A stretch of 64,000 nucleotides of DNA from an uncultured Pseudomonadota bacterium (GTDB lineage Bacteria; Pseudomonadota; Alphaproteobacteria; Rs-D84): positions 92,409 to 156,408 of the forward strand of contig CACZUD010000002.1 of the NCBI GenBank assembly GCA_902784345.1, written 5' to 3'. Shown here one piece after another: positions 8,781 through 19,480 of this stretch (the stretch's first letter is position 1; each line of letters begins with the position of its first letter). The notes beneath the pieces were generated by a model. It saw only the letters and a list, made by a program, of their open reading frames with translations, was not told the DNA's origin and did no database searches. A program made the position numbers and the translations under genes.

Positions 8781-11024
8781 TTACAAAATGTGTCTTTTGC
8801 CACCTGCATCAGGTGCACTTACCACACCTTCATTTTCCATACGTTCAATTATAGTGGCGGCCTTGTTATACCCAATACCAAGTCTGCGTTGAATATAAGA
8901 AATTGTTGGTTTTTTATCGCGTATAACTATCTCTTTAGCTTGCTCGTATAAATCATTAGATTTTGATTCTTTAGAAACAGGTGTCCCTGGGACAACTCCA
9001 CCATCAGCATCGCCACCTTCTTCACTGGTTACACCTTCTGCATATTCTGGTTCACCCTGTGAACGCAAGAAATCGCCAATTCCACTCAATTCTTCATCTG
9101 CAATAAATGCGCCGTGTATACGCACAGGAACACGACCTGCCTCACTGAACAACATATCACCACAAGACAACAGGTTTTCAGCGCCTTTTTCACCCAATGT
9201 CGTAATAGAATCAATCGCACTGCGTGCCTGGAAAGATATACGCGTTGGAAAGTTTGCTTTGATAACGCCCGTTATCGTTGTTGCATCAGGACGCTGGGTT
9301 GCCATTACCAAATGGATACCCGCAGCACGCGCTTTTTGTGCAATACGTTGAACGCACGCTTCTACTTCTTTGCGTGCAAGCGCCATCAGATCTGCAACCT
9401 CGTCAATAATGATAACAATATACGGCAAATCAGACATATCGACTTCTTGTTCTTCAAATTCCAGCGCACCGGTTTCAGGATCTGTACCAACCGCTACCTG
9501 TTTTGTCAATCTTTCCCCTGCTTCACGCTTTGCAGTCATAATTTCATTATAACTTTCAATATTACGCGCATTAACCATTTGCATTTGCTTATAACGTTCT
9601 TCCATTTCGCGCACAGACCATTTCAGTGCATTTACTGCTGCACCAGGGTCTAACTTAACAATCGGTGTTATAAGGTGCGGAATATCATCCCAGAATCCAA
9701 AATCGACACCCTTTGGATCAATGATGATAAGTTTACATTTATCTGGTGTAAAATGATACACAATGGAAGTGATAATAGATTGAACAAACACTGATTTTCC
9801 AGATCCAGTACGCCCAGCAATCAACATGTGTGGCATTTTTGCCAAATCAAAATACATTGGGTTTCCGCCAATATCTACACCCAATGCAAGCGGTATTTTA
9901 TATTTAGAATTTATAAACAAACTGTTATCTATCAGACTGCGATAACGAACTGTTTGACGTTTAGAATTTACCATTTCAACACCAATAAGCTGTGTTGATG
10001 GAATATGTGCAATACGGATATTTTCTGTCGCCATTGCACGCGTCATATCCTTCACAGTCTTGCTGACATCGACCATACGCGTTCCGCTGTCCGGCATAAA
10101 TTCATACAAAGTTACAATAGGTCCCGGATGGATTCCCATAACTTTACCGTTAACACCATATTCAGAAAAATGTATTTCCATTGCTTCGGCATTTCTTTTT
10201 AATTCAGGTGTTACAACATTTTTACCAAACACTGATTTTTCCAACAATTCAGGCGGTGGCAATTCATATTCATGTTCTTCACCAGAGACAGCGACTCTTC
10301 TGCGTGTGGTCTTGCGACGCTTTGGCTTTTCTTCTTCCTCTTCTTCTTCTTCTTCGTATTCTTCTTCCTCCTCTTCTTCTTCGGTTTCTTCTTCTTCATC
10401 TTCTTCTGGTTCTACCGGCGCAATAATATGGAATATAGACAAAAGCCATTTGGTTATCTTTACAGTAGATACAATCGCGGCTTTAACATGTTCCCATTTT
10501 ATGTGCAGTAAAATACCAGCCATAACCAAGAACAAAAGGAACAAAATAATACCTATCAACAACGAAGCAAAACCCAACAACGGTGCAACATCCGCCCCGA
10601 CGATGGCGCCTATCATGCCACCAAAACTTTTACTTGGAAACATTAACCCCAGTCCTGCACAGCCGATACACAGCGTTAAAAAACCACGCAAAAAATTATA
10701 TTCCGGCGCCCTTTCTTCGTCCCATCCAACAAATAAACTTAAACCAAAGCGTCCCAAACACATAAATAAAAACAAGGCAGGTATAAAACCAACCACATAA
10801 CGAACAAAGATAACAAAATTACCGATTATTCCCTGGCTGCCCGCTGTGTTTTGTGCCGCAAAACCAGACAAATACGGATTATAGAAAAACAAAGCAAATA
10901 CCAACCACAAAGAAATCAAACAAAACAACACACCAACACCGCGCACATACAGTTTGTGCAGCATCTCTGAAATGCTAGCTGGCAAAAACTTCGGGTTTTT
11001 ATTCATACCAGGATATTTTATCAC
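8781..11024 (-). CDS. ftsK: DNA translocase FtsK
   Basis: N-terminal TM helices and an acidic linker. The motor has Walker A GRTGSGKSV and Walker B IVIIIDEVADL. A gamma wHTH domain (SYIQRRLGIGYNKAATIIERME) follows. Confidence 0.95.
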   Translation of the reverse strand: MIKYPGMNKNPKFLPASISEMLHKLYVRGVGVLFCLISLWLVFALFFYNPYLSGFAAQNTAGSQGIIGNFVIFVRYVVGFIPALFLFMCLGRFGLSLFVGWDEERAPEYNFLRGFLTLCIGCAGLGLMFPSKSFGGMIGAIVGADVAPLLGFASLLIGIILFLLFLVMAGILLHIKWEHVKAAIVSTVKITKWLLSIFHIIAPVEPEEDEEEETEEEEEEEEYEEEEEEEEEKPKRRKTTRRRVAVSGEEHEYELPPPELLEKSVFGKNVVTPELKRNAEAMEIHFSEYGVNGKVMGIHPGPIVTLYEFMPDSGTRMVDVSKTVKDMTRAMATENIRIAHIPSTQLIGVEMVNSKRQTVRYRSLIDNSLFINSKYKIPLALGVDIGGNPMYFDLAKMPHMLIAGRTGSGKSVFVQSIITSIVYHFTPDKCKLIIIDPKGVDFGFWDDIPHLITPIVKLDPGAAVNALKWSVREMEERYKQMQMVNARNIESYNEIMTAKREAGERLTKQVAVGTDPETGALEFEEQEVDMSDLPYIVIIIDEVADLMALARKEVEACVQRIAQKARAAGIHLVMATQRPDATTITGVIKANFPTRISFQARSAIDSITTLGEKGAENLLSCGDMLFSEAGRVPVRIHGAFIADEELSGIGDFLRSQGEPEYAEGVTSEEGGDADGGVVPGTPVSKESKSNDLYEQAKEIVIRDKKPTISYIQRRLGIGYNKAATIIERMENEGVVSAPDAGGKRHIL
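10329..10407 (-). repeat. GAA/GAG trinucleotide-rich tract encoding the poly-Glu linker of FtsK
   Basis: The plus strand reads cttcttcctcttcttcttcttc... It encodes EEDEEEETEEEEEEEEYEEEEEEEEE. Confidence 0.8.
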
Positions 11025-11048
11025 AAATTAAGACAAAGTGCAAAAAAT

Positions 11049-11726
11049 CTATTTAGCATTGATTTTCTTTAATAATGCTTTTGCAAAATCTGCGCACACC
11101 ATACCTATAAAAGCACCAAGGATTACATCACTTACCCAATGAGCCCCTATATAAACACGCGAAACACCGACTATTATCGCCAACGTCCATGTTGCCCATT
11201 TCACGCGTGGGAACAGCATCCCCAACATAACCAAAGTCGCAAAACAGACCGCAGTATGTCCAGACGGCATAGAATTGAATTCGCTGCTTTCAGAAAACAT
11301 ATTGAATAATGCAGGGTCTGCAAATATAGGACGCGCACGCCCAATAATCACTTTTAATACTTTTGTAATACCACACGCAAAAAAGATTGATAACAAGACA
11401 TAAAAAACATAACTGTTTTTAATCTTTACAAATGCAAATCTGAAATCAAATTCATTTGTAAACGCTTTATACAAAAAGAATACAAAAACAGAAACAACAG
11501 CCAACCCCAACAACAGCTTCCAACTGAATATCTTGCCCAATAACAAGGCTGCTACACACAAACTGTTAGATGTATCAGGCATCTGTGTATTACACGCAGG
11601 ATTGTTAATCCAATCAAACAATGGCGCATCAACAAACAAAACACCAAACACCACCAGAGCCAATGTAATCAAAGCGCCCACACCAATCCAACCCCATTTA
11701 AGAGTATTATCTTTGCGTATAAACAT
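11049..11726 (-). CDS. PAP2-family membrane phosphatase
   Basis: The three PAP2 motifs are present: KVIIGRARP, PSGH and SRVYIGAHWVSDV. Multiple TM segments. Confidence 0.85.
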   Translation of the reverse strand: MFIRKDNTLKWGWIGVGALITLALVVFGVLFVDAPLFDWINNPACNTQMPDTSNSLCVAALLLGKIFSWKLLLGLAVVSVFVFFLYKAFTNEFDFRFAFVKIKNSYVFYVLLSIFFACGITKVLKVIIGRARPIFADPALFNMFSESSEFNSMPSGHTAVCFATLVMLGMLFPRVKWATWTLAIIVGVSRVYIGAHWVSDVILGAFIGMVCADFAKALLKKINAK

Positions 11727-11727
11727 A

Positions 11728-13236
11728 TCATAAATCCATTAATTCGTTGTATATTCTTTTATCTGTTAAAATTTTTGCGCTGACCGCAGAAGACATGCTG
11801 TCTTCGTCTTCGCCACTGGTAATATTAGGACAAGCCTTGCGCAAAGCTTTTACATCAACATTTTTTTCACTGTTGTAATCACGTGCATTAAATTCACCAT
11901 TTATTATATTAAGGAAAAACGCTTCCCGTTGTTGAGTGTTTCGAATATTTGAAAGACACACAAGCGGAAACACACCACGACCATCAATAATATTTCCCTT
12001 GCCTGTTTTTACAGATTTATTCAGCAATTCCAATACACCGCCATTTTTCAAATCAATATGGCTTGCGATTCTGGAACGACCCGCAGTTGGCGTACCAATT
12101 AAAACACCACGTTTATTTTCATAAAACGCTGCCGCAATCGCTTCACTTGTTCCACTTGTATTATCAGAAATCAACACAACCACAGGTGCCTTTGTAATTG
12201 CATCCCCCCCAGGGACAATTTCCAATTCATCAACCGCGGTTTCTTTTACCCGCATCACAGGAACACCCCCCATAAACAAACCAGCCAATTTGGCCGCGGC
12301 CTTTTCATCATCGCCTTTGGTGGTTCTTAAATCCAATATTATTCCACCAACATCGCTGTATTTGTTTAACGCTTCATTAACTATATCGACCGCCCCATCA
12401 GATACTTTATGAACAACTATTTCCAATATGCCATCTGTTGTACTGTTCTTTGCACGATAAATTATATCTGCATCTGCCAAAACAACGGTCGCACGACGAA
12501 GCGTTACATTTCTATTTCCAAAAGGGGTTAACAATTTCAGCTTCACTGTTCCAGAATTATATCCAGCCAACACGGAACTCATATCTGAATCAGACATATC
12601 GGCAACACGTTTACCGTTGACTTCAGAAATTATATCGCCTTCATGCAGGCCAGCAATATCAGCAGGCGAATCTTTATATACACCTGTAATTCTGAAATTA
12701 GATTTAAAATCACGCCCTCCGTCAAAACCTATGCTGGTTAAAATACGAGTATCTGCATCTTTTATAGCATCTCGTGAATAAATATAAGTTCCATTTTGAT
12801 CAATACTTGATAATAACGCATTAACAACAACTTCGTATAAACTGGATTGAGGCAACGCATGCAATTGTTCATCTTTTTCACGCATCTTTAAAATCAAAGC
12901 TGTCGTGATTTCACCATATGCTTTCCAATCCTTGCTTTCAGGATACGGGTAATTTCCAATTAATTCATCACCCCAAACCAAAACAGCCCGTTCGCCAGTG
13001 GCCGCAATATGCGCATTTGGATTAATTTTTTCCAAACCTTCTATTGCAACATCAACATTTTTTCCCGCCCAATTTACGCCGTCCAGTTTTTCATAAATAT
13101 CAGCAAACACATCGGATACGGCATGAACATCTATACCATCTTGAATTCTTATATCATCATGAAATAAATCAGACGCATAAAGCAACCCGGGACAAAAGAT
13201 GAAATTCATCATTAAAAATAAATTTGTTATTTTCAT
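11728..13236 (-). CDS. S41-family C-terminal processing peptidase-like protein with a PDZ domain
   Basis: Signal peptide, a PDZ segment (GLHEGDIISEVNGKRV) and an S41 core (VVVLISDNTSGTSEAIAAAF ... GTPTAGRS). The usual GKG lysine position reads GRS. Confidence 0.8.
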   Translation of the reverse strand: MKITNLFLMMNFIFCPGLLYASDLFHDDIRIQDGIDVHAVSDVFADIYEKLDGVNWAGKNVDVAIEGLEKINPNAHIAATGERAVLVWGDELIGNYPYPESKDWKAYGEITTALILKMREKDEQLHALPQSSLYEVVVNALLSSIDQNGTYIYSRDAIKDADTRILTSIGFDGGRDFKSNFRITGVYKDSPADIAGLHEGDIISEVNGKRVADMSDSDMSSVLAGYNSGTVKLKLLTPFGNRNVTLRRATVVLADADIIYRAKNSTTDGILEIVVHKVSDGAVDIVNEALNKYSDVGGIILDLRTTKGDDEKAAAKLAGLFMGGVPVMRVKETAVDELEIVPGGDAITKAPVVVLISDNTSGTSEAIAAAFYENKRGVLIGTPTAGRSRIASHIDLKNGGVLELLNKSVKTGKGNIIDGRGVFPLVCLSNIRNTQQREAFFLNIINGEFNARDYNSEKNVDVKALRKACPNITSGEDEDSMSSAVSAKILTDKRIYNELMDL

Positions 13237-13264
13237 AATATTCTCCTTTCCCCCGGGTGCAATT

Positions 13265-14131
13265 TTAATATTCTGTTTCTCTCAAATTAAAGTGGTACAA
13301 GATAACATTAGAAATATAAATACTTGTCAATGTTCCACTTATAACCGAGAACGTCATCGCGACCGCAAATTCGCGCAACATCTGACCACCGAACAAATAA
13401 ATACCAACCATCGCCAAAATCGTAGATACACTGGTCATAATTGTTCGATATAACATTTCGTTAACTGACAAATCAATTATATCAGAAATTGGCATTTTGT
13501 GATACTTTTTTATATTTTCATCAATTCGGTCATAGTTCACAACCTTGTCATTAACAGAATAACCAACACCCATCAAAATAACCGCAATGGCTGTTTGGTT
13601 GAACTCTAATCCTGCGATTGAAAAGAACCCGAACATCAATACAAGGTCGAATATCAGCGACACAAAAGACCCGACTGCATAACCACCACGATATCTTATC
13701 CAAATATAAACAGACATCATCACAAATGATACAAGTATCGCCAAAATACCACCACGGATTAATTCACCCCCAATTTTTGGACCAACAACTTGAACCTGAG
13801 AATATGTAACGTGATTACCCAATATATTTTTGATTTCTGCTACACGTGCATTTTGTTCTTCATCGGTTGACCCCTTTGGCAAACCAACACGCAACAAAAT
13901 GGCATCACCATCAACTGCCTGTAATTCTGGTTTAAAAGCGGCTAAATCGGTACGCATTTTATCAATGGTATATTCAGCACTGGTTGGTTTGATTTCCATA
14001 GAAATACCACCAGAAAAGTCAATACCATAATTAAAGCCCTTGAATGCGATTGATAGTATGGAAAGCACAATACAGATTGCAGAAATCCAATACGATAATT
14101 TACGATATTTCATAAAATGCAGTTTCATCAC
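13265..14131 (-). CDS. secF: protein translocase subunit SecF
   Basis: Six-TM SecF architecture with GIDFSGG near the N-terminus. It lies directly downstream of secD. Confidence 0.95.
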   Translation of the reverse strand: MMKLHFMKYRKLSYWISAICIVLSILSIAFKGFNYGIDFSGGISMEIKPTSAEYTIDKMRTDLAAFKPELQAVDGDAILLRVGLPKGSTDEEQNARVAEIKNILGNHVTYSQVQVVGPKIGGELIRGGILAILVSFVMMSVYIWIRYRGGYAVGSFVSLIFDLVLMFGFFSIAGLEFNQTAIAVILMGVGYSVNDKVVNYDRIDENIKKYHKMPISDIIDLSVNEMLYRTIMTSVSTILAMVGIYLFGGQMLREFAVAMTFSVISGTLTSIYISNVILYHFNLRETEY

Positions 14132-14159
14132 TTTACCCCTTTGATTTGCACTTTCTTTA

Positions 14160-15725
14160 TTATTTATTTCTTATATAGCCAATTTTTCTGCTTTTGCCGT
14201 TCATGTAATAATCAACATAAACGCGTGTCAACAGCAAGCATGTGAACAATGTTGTCGCCACACCAATTGACAATGTTACGGCAAACCCACGAATTGGACC
14301 TGCGCCAAATTGGAACAAAATCAACGCACAGATTAAATTGGTTAATTCACCGTCCAAAACTGTCTTGGTAGAACGTGTAAATCCATAATCTACTGCACGC
14401 AATGTTGGAACTCCACTGCGGACTTCGTCACGAATTCTTTCGAATGGCAAAATATTTGCGTCCACCGCCATACCCAGTGTTAATACGATACCTGCGATAC
14501 CTGGCAATGTAAGTGTCGCACCAAACAATGCAGATACACCAACGATCATCAACAGGTTAACAACCAAAACGATATCTGCAAAGAATCCAAAGATTCCGTA
14601 CAACATCACCATAAATACCAAAATGAACAAAACGCCAACTGCAGAACCGATTTTACCGGCCGCGATTGTATCGGCACCAAGACCGGCACCAACTGTTCTT
14701 TCTTCTATAACTTCCAATGGTGCTGGCAAAGCCCCACTGCGCAACAGAACAGCCAAATCTTTCGCACTTTGCAATGTAAAGTTTCCAGAAATCTGACCAC
14801 GACCACCAGGAATTGGTTCACGAATATTTGGTGCGGATAAAACTTTATCATCCAACACAATTGCAAATCTTTCATTAACATGTTCTGTTGTTAACTTTGC
14901 AAATCTACGCGCACCAGACGCATCAAATTCAGTTGTTACAACAGGCATATTGTTTTGATCAAAAGACGCCTCTGAATTTTTCAAACTATCCCCTGACACT
15001 TCTACGCGCGAATAGACCGCAATCTTTTGTCCTGGATTATCCATAGATTCCAAGAACATTGTTCCACTTGGCGCACGACCAGAGGCAATCTGTTCGCTTG
15101 TGATATTTTCATTTACCAAATGGAAAGACATTTTTGCAGTACGCCCTATCAATTCCTTGATATGTTCAGGATTATCAACCCCTGGCAATTGAACCAAGAT
15201 ATATTTCCCGCCCTGGGATTGAATTGATGGTTCTTTTGTGCCCAAGGCATCAATACGACGACGAACAATTTCAATACTGCGGTTCATCGCATCTTGAATC
15301 ATTTCTTCACGTGCTTTCGAAGTATAAGTAACTGTCAAGGTTTTACCGCTTGATTCAACATCTACACCATTACCCAAAACACTGCGTAAACGGCCCTTGG
15401 CTTTTGACACATCACCACTTTCACGAACGACCAAAGATACACCATCCCCGGTATTGCGCAATTCAGAAAAACGAATAACGCCTTTGTTTCTGTCAATCAA
15501 AGCAGCACGCGTCTCGTCGTAAAGTTGCGCAGATTTTTCCTTTAACATAACATTTGTATCAACCTCTAACAAAAGTTGCGCCCCACCTTTTAAATCCAAA
15601 CCCAATGGGATTGGCTGAATCCAAGATGGAAAATATGGTGCCAATTTTGGTGAAATCGTAGGCACAGCCAACAACACCCCAAACATAGCGATAAATACTA
15701 CAACCAGTTTCTTAAACATCTGCAT
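14160..15725 (-). CDS. secD: protein translocase subunit SecD
   Basis: LGLDLKGG motif, a large periplasmic domain and a C-terminal six-TM bundle. The order yajC-secD-secF is conserved. Confidence 0.95.
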   Translation of the reverse strand: MQMFKKLVVVFIAMFGVLLAVPTISPKLAPYFPSWIQPIPLGLDLKGGAQLLLEVDTNVMLKEKSAQLYDETRAALIDRNKGVIRFSELRNTGDGVSLVVRESGDVSKAKGRLRSVLGNGVDVESSGKTLTVTYTSKAREEMIQDAMNRSIEIVRRRIDALGTKEPSIQSQGGKYILVQLPGVDNPEHIKELIGRTAKMSFHLVNENITSEQIASGRAPSGTMFLESMDNPGQKIAVYSRVEVSGDSLKNSEASFDQNNMPVVTTEFDASGARRFAKLTTEHVNERFAIVLDDKVLSAPNIREPIPGGRGQISGNFTLQSAKDLAVLLRSGALPAPLEVIEERTVGAGLGADTIAAGKIGSAVGVLFILVFMVMLYGIFGFFADIVLVVNLLMIVGVSALFGATLTLPGIAGIVLTLGMAVDANILPFERIRDEVRSGVPTLRAVDYGFTRSTKTVLDGELTNLICALILFQFGAGPIRGFAVTLSIGVATTLFTCLLLTRVYVDYYMNGKSRKIGYIRNK

Positions 15726-15736
15726 ACCCCTAAAAA

Positions 15737-16051
15737 TTATTCAATTGCTGCAATAGCATTTTTGTTAACTTCGATAACAACGCCTTTTGCGATTTCCATT
15801 TCGATAGTTTTTTCGTTTACTTTTTTCACTGTTCCATAAATACCGGCCGCCAACACGCGATTACCGACCTTTACAGAATCCAGCATTTTTTGATATTCTG
15901 CCATACGCTTTTTATTTGGACGTATCATAAACAAATAAAGTATAGCCATAATAATAACGCAATAAAGAATCATACCCCACATACCAGCCTGAGGTTGAGC
16001 ATTAGGTGCAATTTGAGCAGTTTGATTTACAACTTCGACAGTTTCATTCAT
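15737..16051 (-). CDS. yajC: preprotein translocase subunit YajC
   Basis: Single TM helix followed by KKRMAEYQKMLDSVKVGNRV..GIYGTV, the typical YajC pattern. It lies upstream of secD. Confidence 0.85.
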   Translation of the reverse strand: MNETVEVVNQTAQIAPNAQPQAGMWGMILYCVIIMAILYLFMIRPNKKRMAEYQKMLDSVKVGNRVLAAGIYGTVKKVNEKTIEMEIAKGVVIEVNKNAIAAIE

Positions 16052-16117
16052 GAAAAATCTCCTTTTTTATATGCGAATCCTAGTAAAAAAACTGATACAA
16101 GTAAAGGGAAAATAACA

Positions 16118-17845
16118 TTAAATCCTTTCGAACATGGCATCCAGTTCTGATATTGAAATAACCTTGTAAACGGGGCGCCCATGGTTGCATTCTGTTCCAC
16201 GTTCTGTCCGTTCTATATCACGCAAAAGCGCGTCCATTTCTGCCATATTCAATTTGCGACCACTTCTGACCGAATGATGACACGCATAATTTGCCAACTT
16301 CAAGTGCAATTTTTCCTGCAAACGCGAAGAATGACCGTACGCGCGCACTTCATCAGCAATTTCTTGAAAACATTTTTCCCAATTCAAATCCCAATCGGCC
16401 GGCTTTTCAAAAATCGCCAGTGCATCTTCACCAAAAGAATCTATCGTCAGCCCACATTGTCTTAATTCGTCCTTAACAGTTAAAACAGATTCCGTATCTT
16501 CTGCTTTCATCTTTATCACTATGGGCGCCAAAAGTGGCTGCATTTTTATTTCATGCTTTCTTAATTTTTCATAAGTAATGCGTTCATGCGCAGCATGTTG
16601 GTCTATTATTACAAAACCATCTTTGTTTTCTGCCAATATATATTTGTTATTTAATTGACCAATAACACGACCAAGCGGCAAATCAAATGCGTCTGGTTCA
16701 AACACCGTTTCAACTTTGTCTGGCACACGAAATTCAGAGTGATTAAAAGTTGGATCGGCAACAAAACCGCGCGCAAAAGAATCATTTTGTGGTGCACGAA
16801 AACAGGTTTGTATTAAACCTAAACTAAATTCTGAATTTTGCGAATTAACTGGCTGTGTTTGGTTTGTATTTTCATTTAATGTATTTGCCAAAACATCTCT
16901 CAAAGTCTTTATAATAAATGCACGAACATGTGTTGGTTCAAGAAAATGCACTTCTGTTTTTGCGGGCGACACATTAACATCTACATTACGCGACGGCAAT
17001 TCCAAATACAATGCACAAAGTGGAAATTCACGTGCATGCATAACATCCATGTACGCCGCACGCAACGCCGATACCAAAACCTTGTCTTTAACAGAACGGC
17101 CATTTACAAATAAATACTGATCAACACTGGACGCACGACGAAGCGTTGGATGGGAAATATACCCATGAAGACGCATATCCGACGAACCAGATGTCGCGTT
17201 AACCGGCAACATCTGTCCCCTAACATCTTCGCCCATAACAGAAATTATTCGTTCCATTAAATCCTGATTTTTTGGAAAGCGCCATTTATCGTTTAAAATA
17301 AATCCAACGTCATTTCGTGCCATCGCCAATCTTTTCACAACGTCCAAGATTGCCAACATTTCTGATTTATCACTGTTAAGAAATTTCAAACGCGCTGGGG
17401 TTTTCGCAAACAAATTTGCAACACGAATACGCGTTCCGCTTTCCCAACTGGACGGTTTTATTTCACCAGTTGTTGCATTTATTTGCCATCCGTTTGGTTC
17501 GCCATTATAAAAAGTATCAATACTCATATCAGACACAGACGCAATTGACGGCAATGCTTCGCCACGAAATCCCATAAAATTTATATTTAACAAATCATCG
17601 TCTGGTAATTTAGAAGTCGCATGTCGTAATATAGATTTTCCTAAATCTTCCTGCGACATGCCCTTGCCGTTATCTATTACAGATATAAGAGTGCGTCCAC
17701 CATCAACAACATCGATAATTATTTGATCTGCACCGGCGTCCAACGCATTTTCAACCAACTCTTTAACAACACTAGCCGGTTTTTCAACCACTTCACCGGC
17801 GGCGATTTGGTTTATTAAAAAATCAGGCAGAACGCGAACAGGCAT
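16118..17845 (-). CDS. mutL: DNA mismatch repair protein MutL (endonuclease-type)
   Basis: GHKL ATPase N-terminus (IAAGEVVEKPASVVKELVENALDAGA). The C-terminus has the DQHAAHERITYE endonuclease motif. Confidence 0.95.
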   Translation of the reverse strand: MPVRVLPDFLINQIAAGEVVEKPASVVKELVENALDAGADQIIIDVVDGGRTLISVIDNGKGMSQEDLGKSILRHATSKLPDDDLLNINFMGFRGEALPSIASVSDMSIDTFYNGEPNGWQINATTGEIKPSSWESGTRIRVANLFAKTPARLKFLNSDKSEMLAILDVVKRLAMARNDVGFILNDKWRFPKNQDLMERIISVMGEDVRGQMLPVNATSGSSDMRLHGYISHPTLRRASSVDQYLFVNGRSVKDKVLVSALRAAYMDVMHAREFPLCALYLELPSRNVDVNVSPAKTEVHFLEPTHVRAFIIKTLRDVLANTLNENTNQTQPVNSQNSEFSLGLIQTCFRAPQNDSFARGFVADPTFNHSEFRVPDKVETVFEPDAFDLPLGRVIGQLNNKYILAENKDGFVIIDQHAAHERITYEKLRKHEIKMQPLLAPIVIKMKAEDTESVLTVKDELRQCGLTIDSFGEDALAIFEKPADWDLNWEKCFQEIADEVRAYGHSSRLQEKLHLKLANYACHHSVRSGRKLNMAEMDALLRDIERTERGTECNHGRPVYKVISISELDAMFERI

Positions 17846-17846
17846 C

Positions 17847-18317
17847 TTAGTCCTTGAATTTTACATCGATAATTTCGAATTCTTTTTCCCCACTTGGCAG
17901 ACGCACAGTGCAAGTATCCCCTACACAATGCCCAATCAAAGCACGTCCAACCGGTGAAGTACAAGATATCACCAAACGACCATCTGATTCAATATCCGAC
18001 AAAATACGACATTCCATTTTATTGCCATCTTCATCTTCGGTCAAAACCTTGGCGCCAAAAACAACACGATTCCCAGACAAAGAATCAATATCAATAACCT
18101 GAGCATTTTCAATAGTGCTTTCGATAAATTGAATACGTTTATCAATTTGACGTTGTTTTTCCTTGGCTGCACTGTAATCTGCGTTTTCAGACAAATCGCC
18201 CAAAGAACGCGCCCATTGAACAACTTTCAAGATTTCAGGTCTTTGATTTTCTTTTAAATCTTTTAATTCTGCCAACAGCGTGTCAAAGCCTTGGCGTGAA
18301 ATTGGTTTCTTTTCCAT
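17847..18317 (-). CDS. greA: transcription elongation factor GreA
   Basis: 156 aa with a coiled-coil N-terminus carrying the acidic tip (GDLSENADYSAAKE) and a C-terminal FKBP-like domain. Confidence 0.95.
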   Translation of the reverse strand: MEKKPISRQGFDTLLAELKDLKENQRPEILKVVQWARSLGDLSENADYSAAKEKQRQIDKRIQFIESTIENAQVIDIDSLSGNRVVFGAKVLTEDEDGNKMECRILSDIESDGRLVISCTSPVGRALIGHCVGDTCTVRLPSGEKEFEIIDVKFKD

Positions 18318-18400
18318 AATAAATCCTTAATTTTAGATACAAAGATATAACATAAATTTTAATTTTGCAATTCAATTCAATCTATTATACTATATATATT

Positions 18401-19468
18401 ATGTATAGATTCAGACCAAATGTTTTGACATTATTCCTGATGCGTCGTTTTTTCACCAGTTTTTTATTGGTGATGTTGACAGTGTGCGGGGTCATATTTG
18501 CTGTTACATTTGTGGAAAGACTTTCATCTAATCCAACAGCACTGACTACATTGATGGATGCATGGGTAAGATTATTGGAATATGTTCCTATGTTTTTACC
18601 ATTGGCGGTATTTATGGGGACATTAGTCGCGTTTTATAATCTGACTAAATCTTCAGAATTGATAATTGTGTCAGGCGCAGGATTATCACCCTTTCAAATT
18701 GCACGACCTTTTTTAACAGGGGCGTTTTTAATCGGCATTTTCGCCGCAACAATAGTAAATCCATATTCTGTGAATTTGACCACACGCAATCTGACTAATC
18801 ATCAATTAAAATTGATAGACGATGCGATTTGGTTACGCGAATCTGGGGATAATGGTTATTTAACAGCACGCGCAACAGGTATGAATATAGCAAAGAACCA
18901 CGACATAATATTTAAAGACATAATGATTTTATTACAAGACGAAGATTTCAAATTAAAAGAACGCATATCTGCAAAGACCGCAACATTGTCAAACAGCGGT
19001 TTTGATATAAACAAAGCAAATATAATTGACGAAAACGGTATTACCAAGAAAGGTTCTCGCCACATTGATACAAAATTAACACCGCAAACAGTACTGGAAA
19101 GATATTTACAGCCTGACCAGATTTCATTTTGGAACTTGCCTGCGTTTATACACAAAATGAACACGATAGGTGTTTCAACACGTGGCCACTTGGTTCAGTT
19201 TTGGACATTGCTGTTTTTGCCATTAACTATGATGGCTATGACAATGCTCGGTATTGCATTCTCTCAAACTAAACAGCGCAGAAATTACACTTTTGGTGTA
19301 AAGTTTAGTTTAGGAATCGTAACATGCTTTGCACTTTATTTCATAGTGAATATATTTAATGCACTGGGGAATACAGGCACCCTGCCCCCGATTATCGCGA
19401 TAGTCGCCCCCCAGATAATTATTATCACTGGTGCTTGCACATTTATAACCAGTTTTGACACAATATAA
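18401..19468 (+). CDS. LPS export ABC permease, LptF/LptG (YjgP/YjgQ) family
   Basis: Six-TM permease with a large periplasmic loop. The N-terminus LMRRFFTSFLLVM is typical of the family. The ATG at 18401 is preferred over the TTG at 18365. Confidence 0.75.
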   Translation: MYRFRPNVLTLFLMRRFFTSFLLVMLTVCGVIFAVTFVERLSSNPTALTTLMDAWVRLLEYVPMFLPLAVFMGTLVAFYNLTKSSELIIVSGAGLSPFQIARPFLTGAFLIGIFAATIVNPYSVNLTTRNLTNHQLKLIDDAIWLRESGDNGYLTARATGMNIAKNHDIIFKDIMILLQDEDFKLKERISAKTATLSNSGFDINKANIIDENGITKKGSRHIDTKLTPQTVLERYLQPDQISFWNLPAFIHKMNTIGVSTRGHLVQFWTLLFLPLTMMAMTMLGIAFSQTKQRRNYTFGVKFSLGIVTCFALYFIVNIFNALGNTGTLPPIIAIVAPQIIIITGACTFITSFDTI

Positions 19469-19480
19469 GAGTTATCAGAA

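Noticed and set aside
10060-10800. 246-aa poly-Ser ORF and neighbouring poly-Leu/poly-Phe ORFs antisense to ftsK
   Set aside because: They are artefacts of the GAA/GAG repeat and of the strong FtsK coding frame on the other strand.
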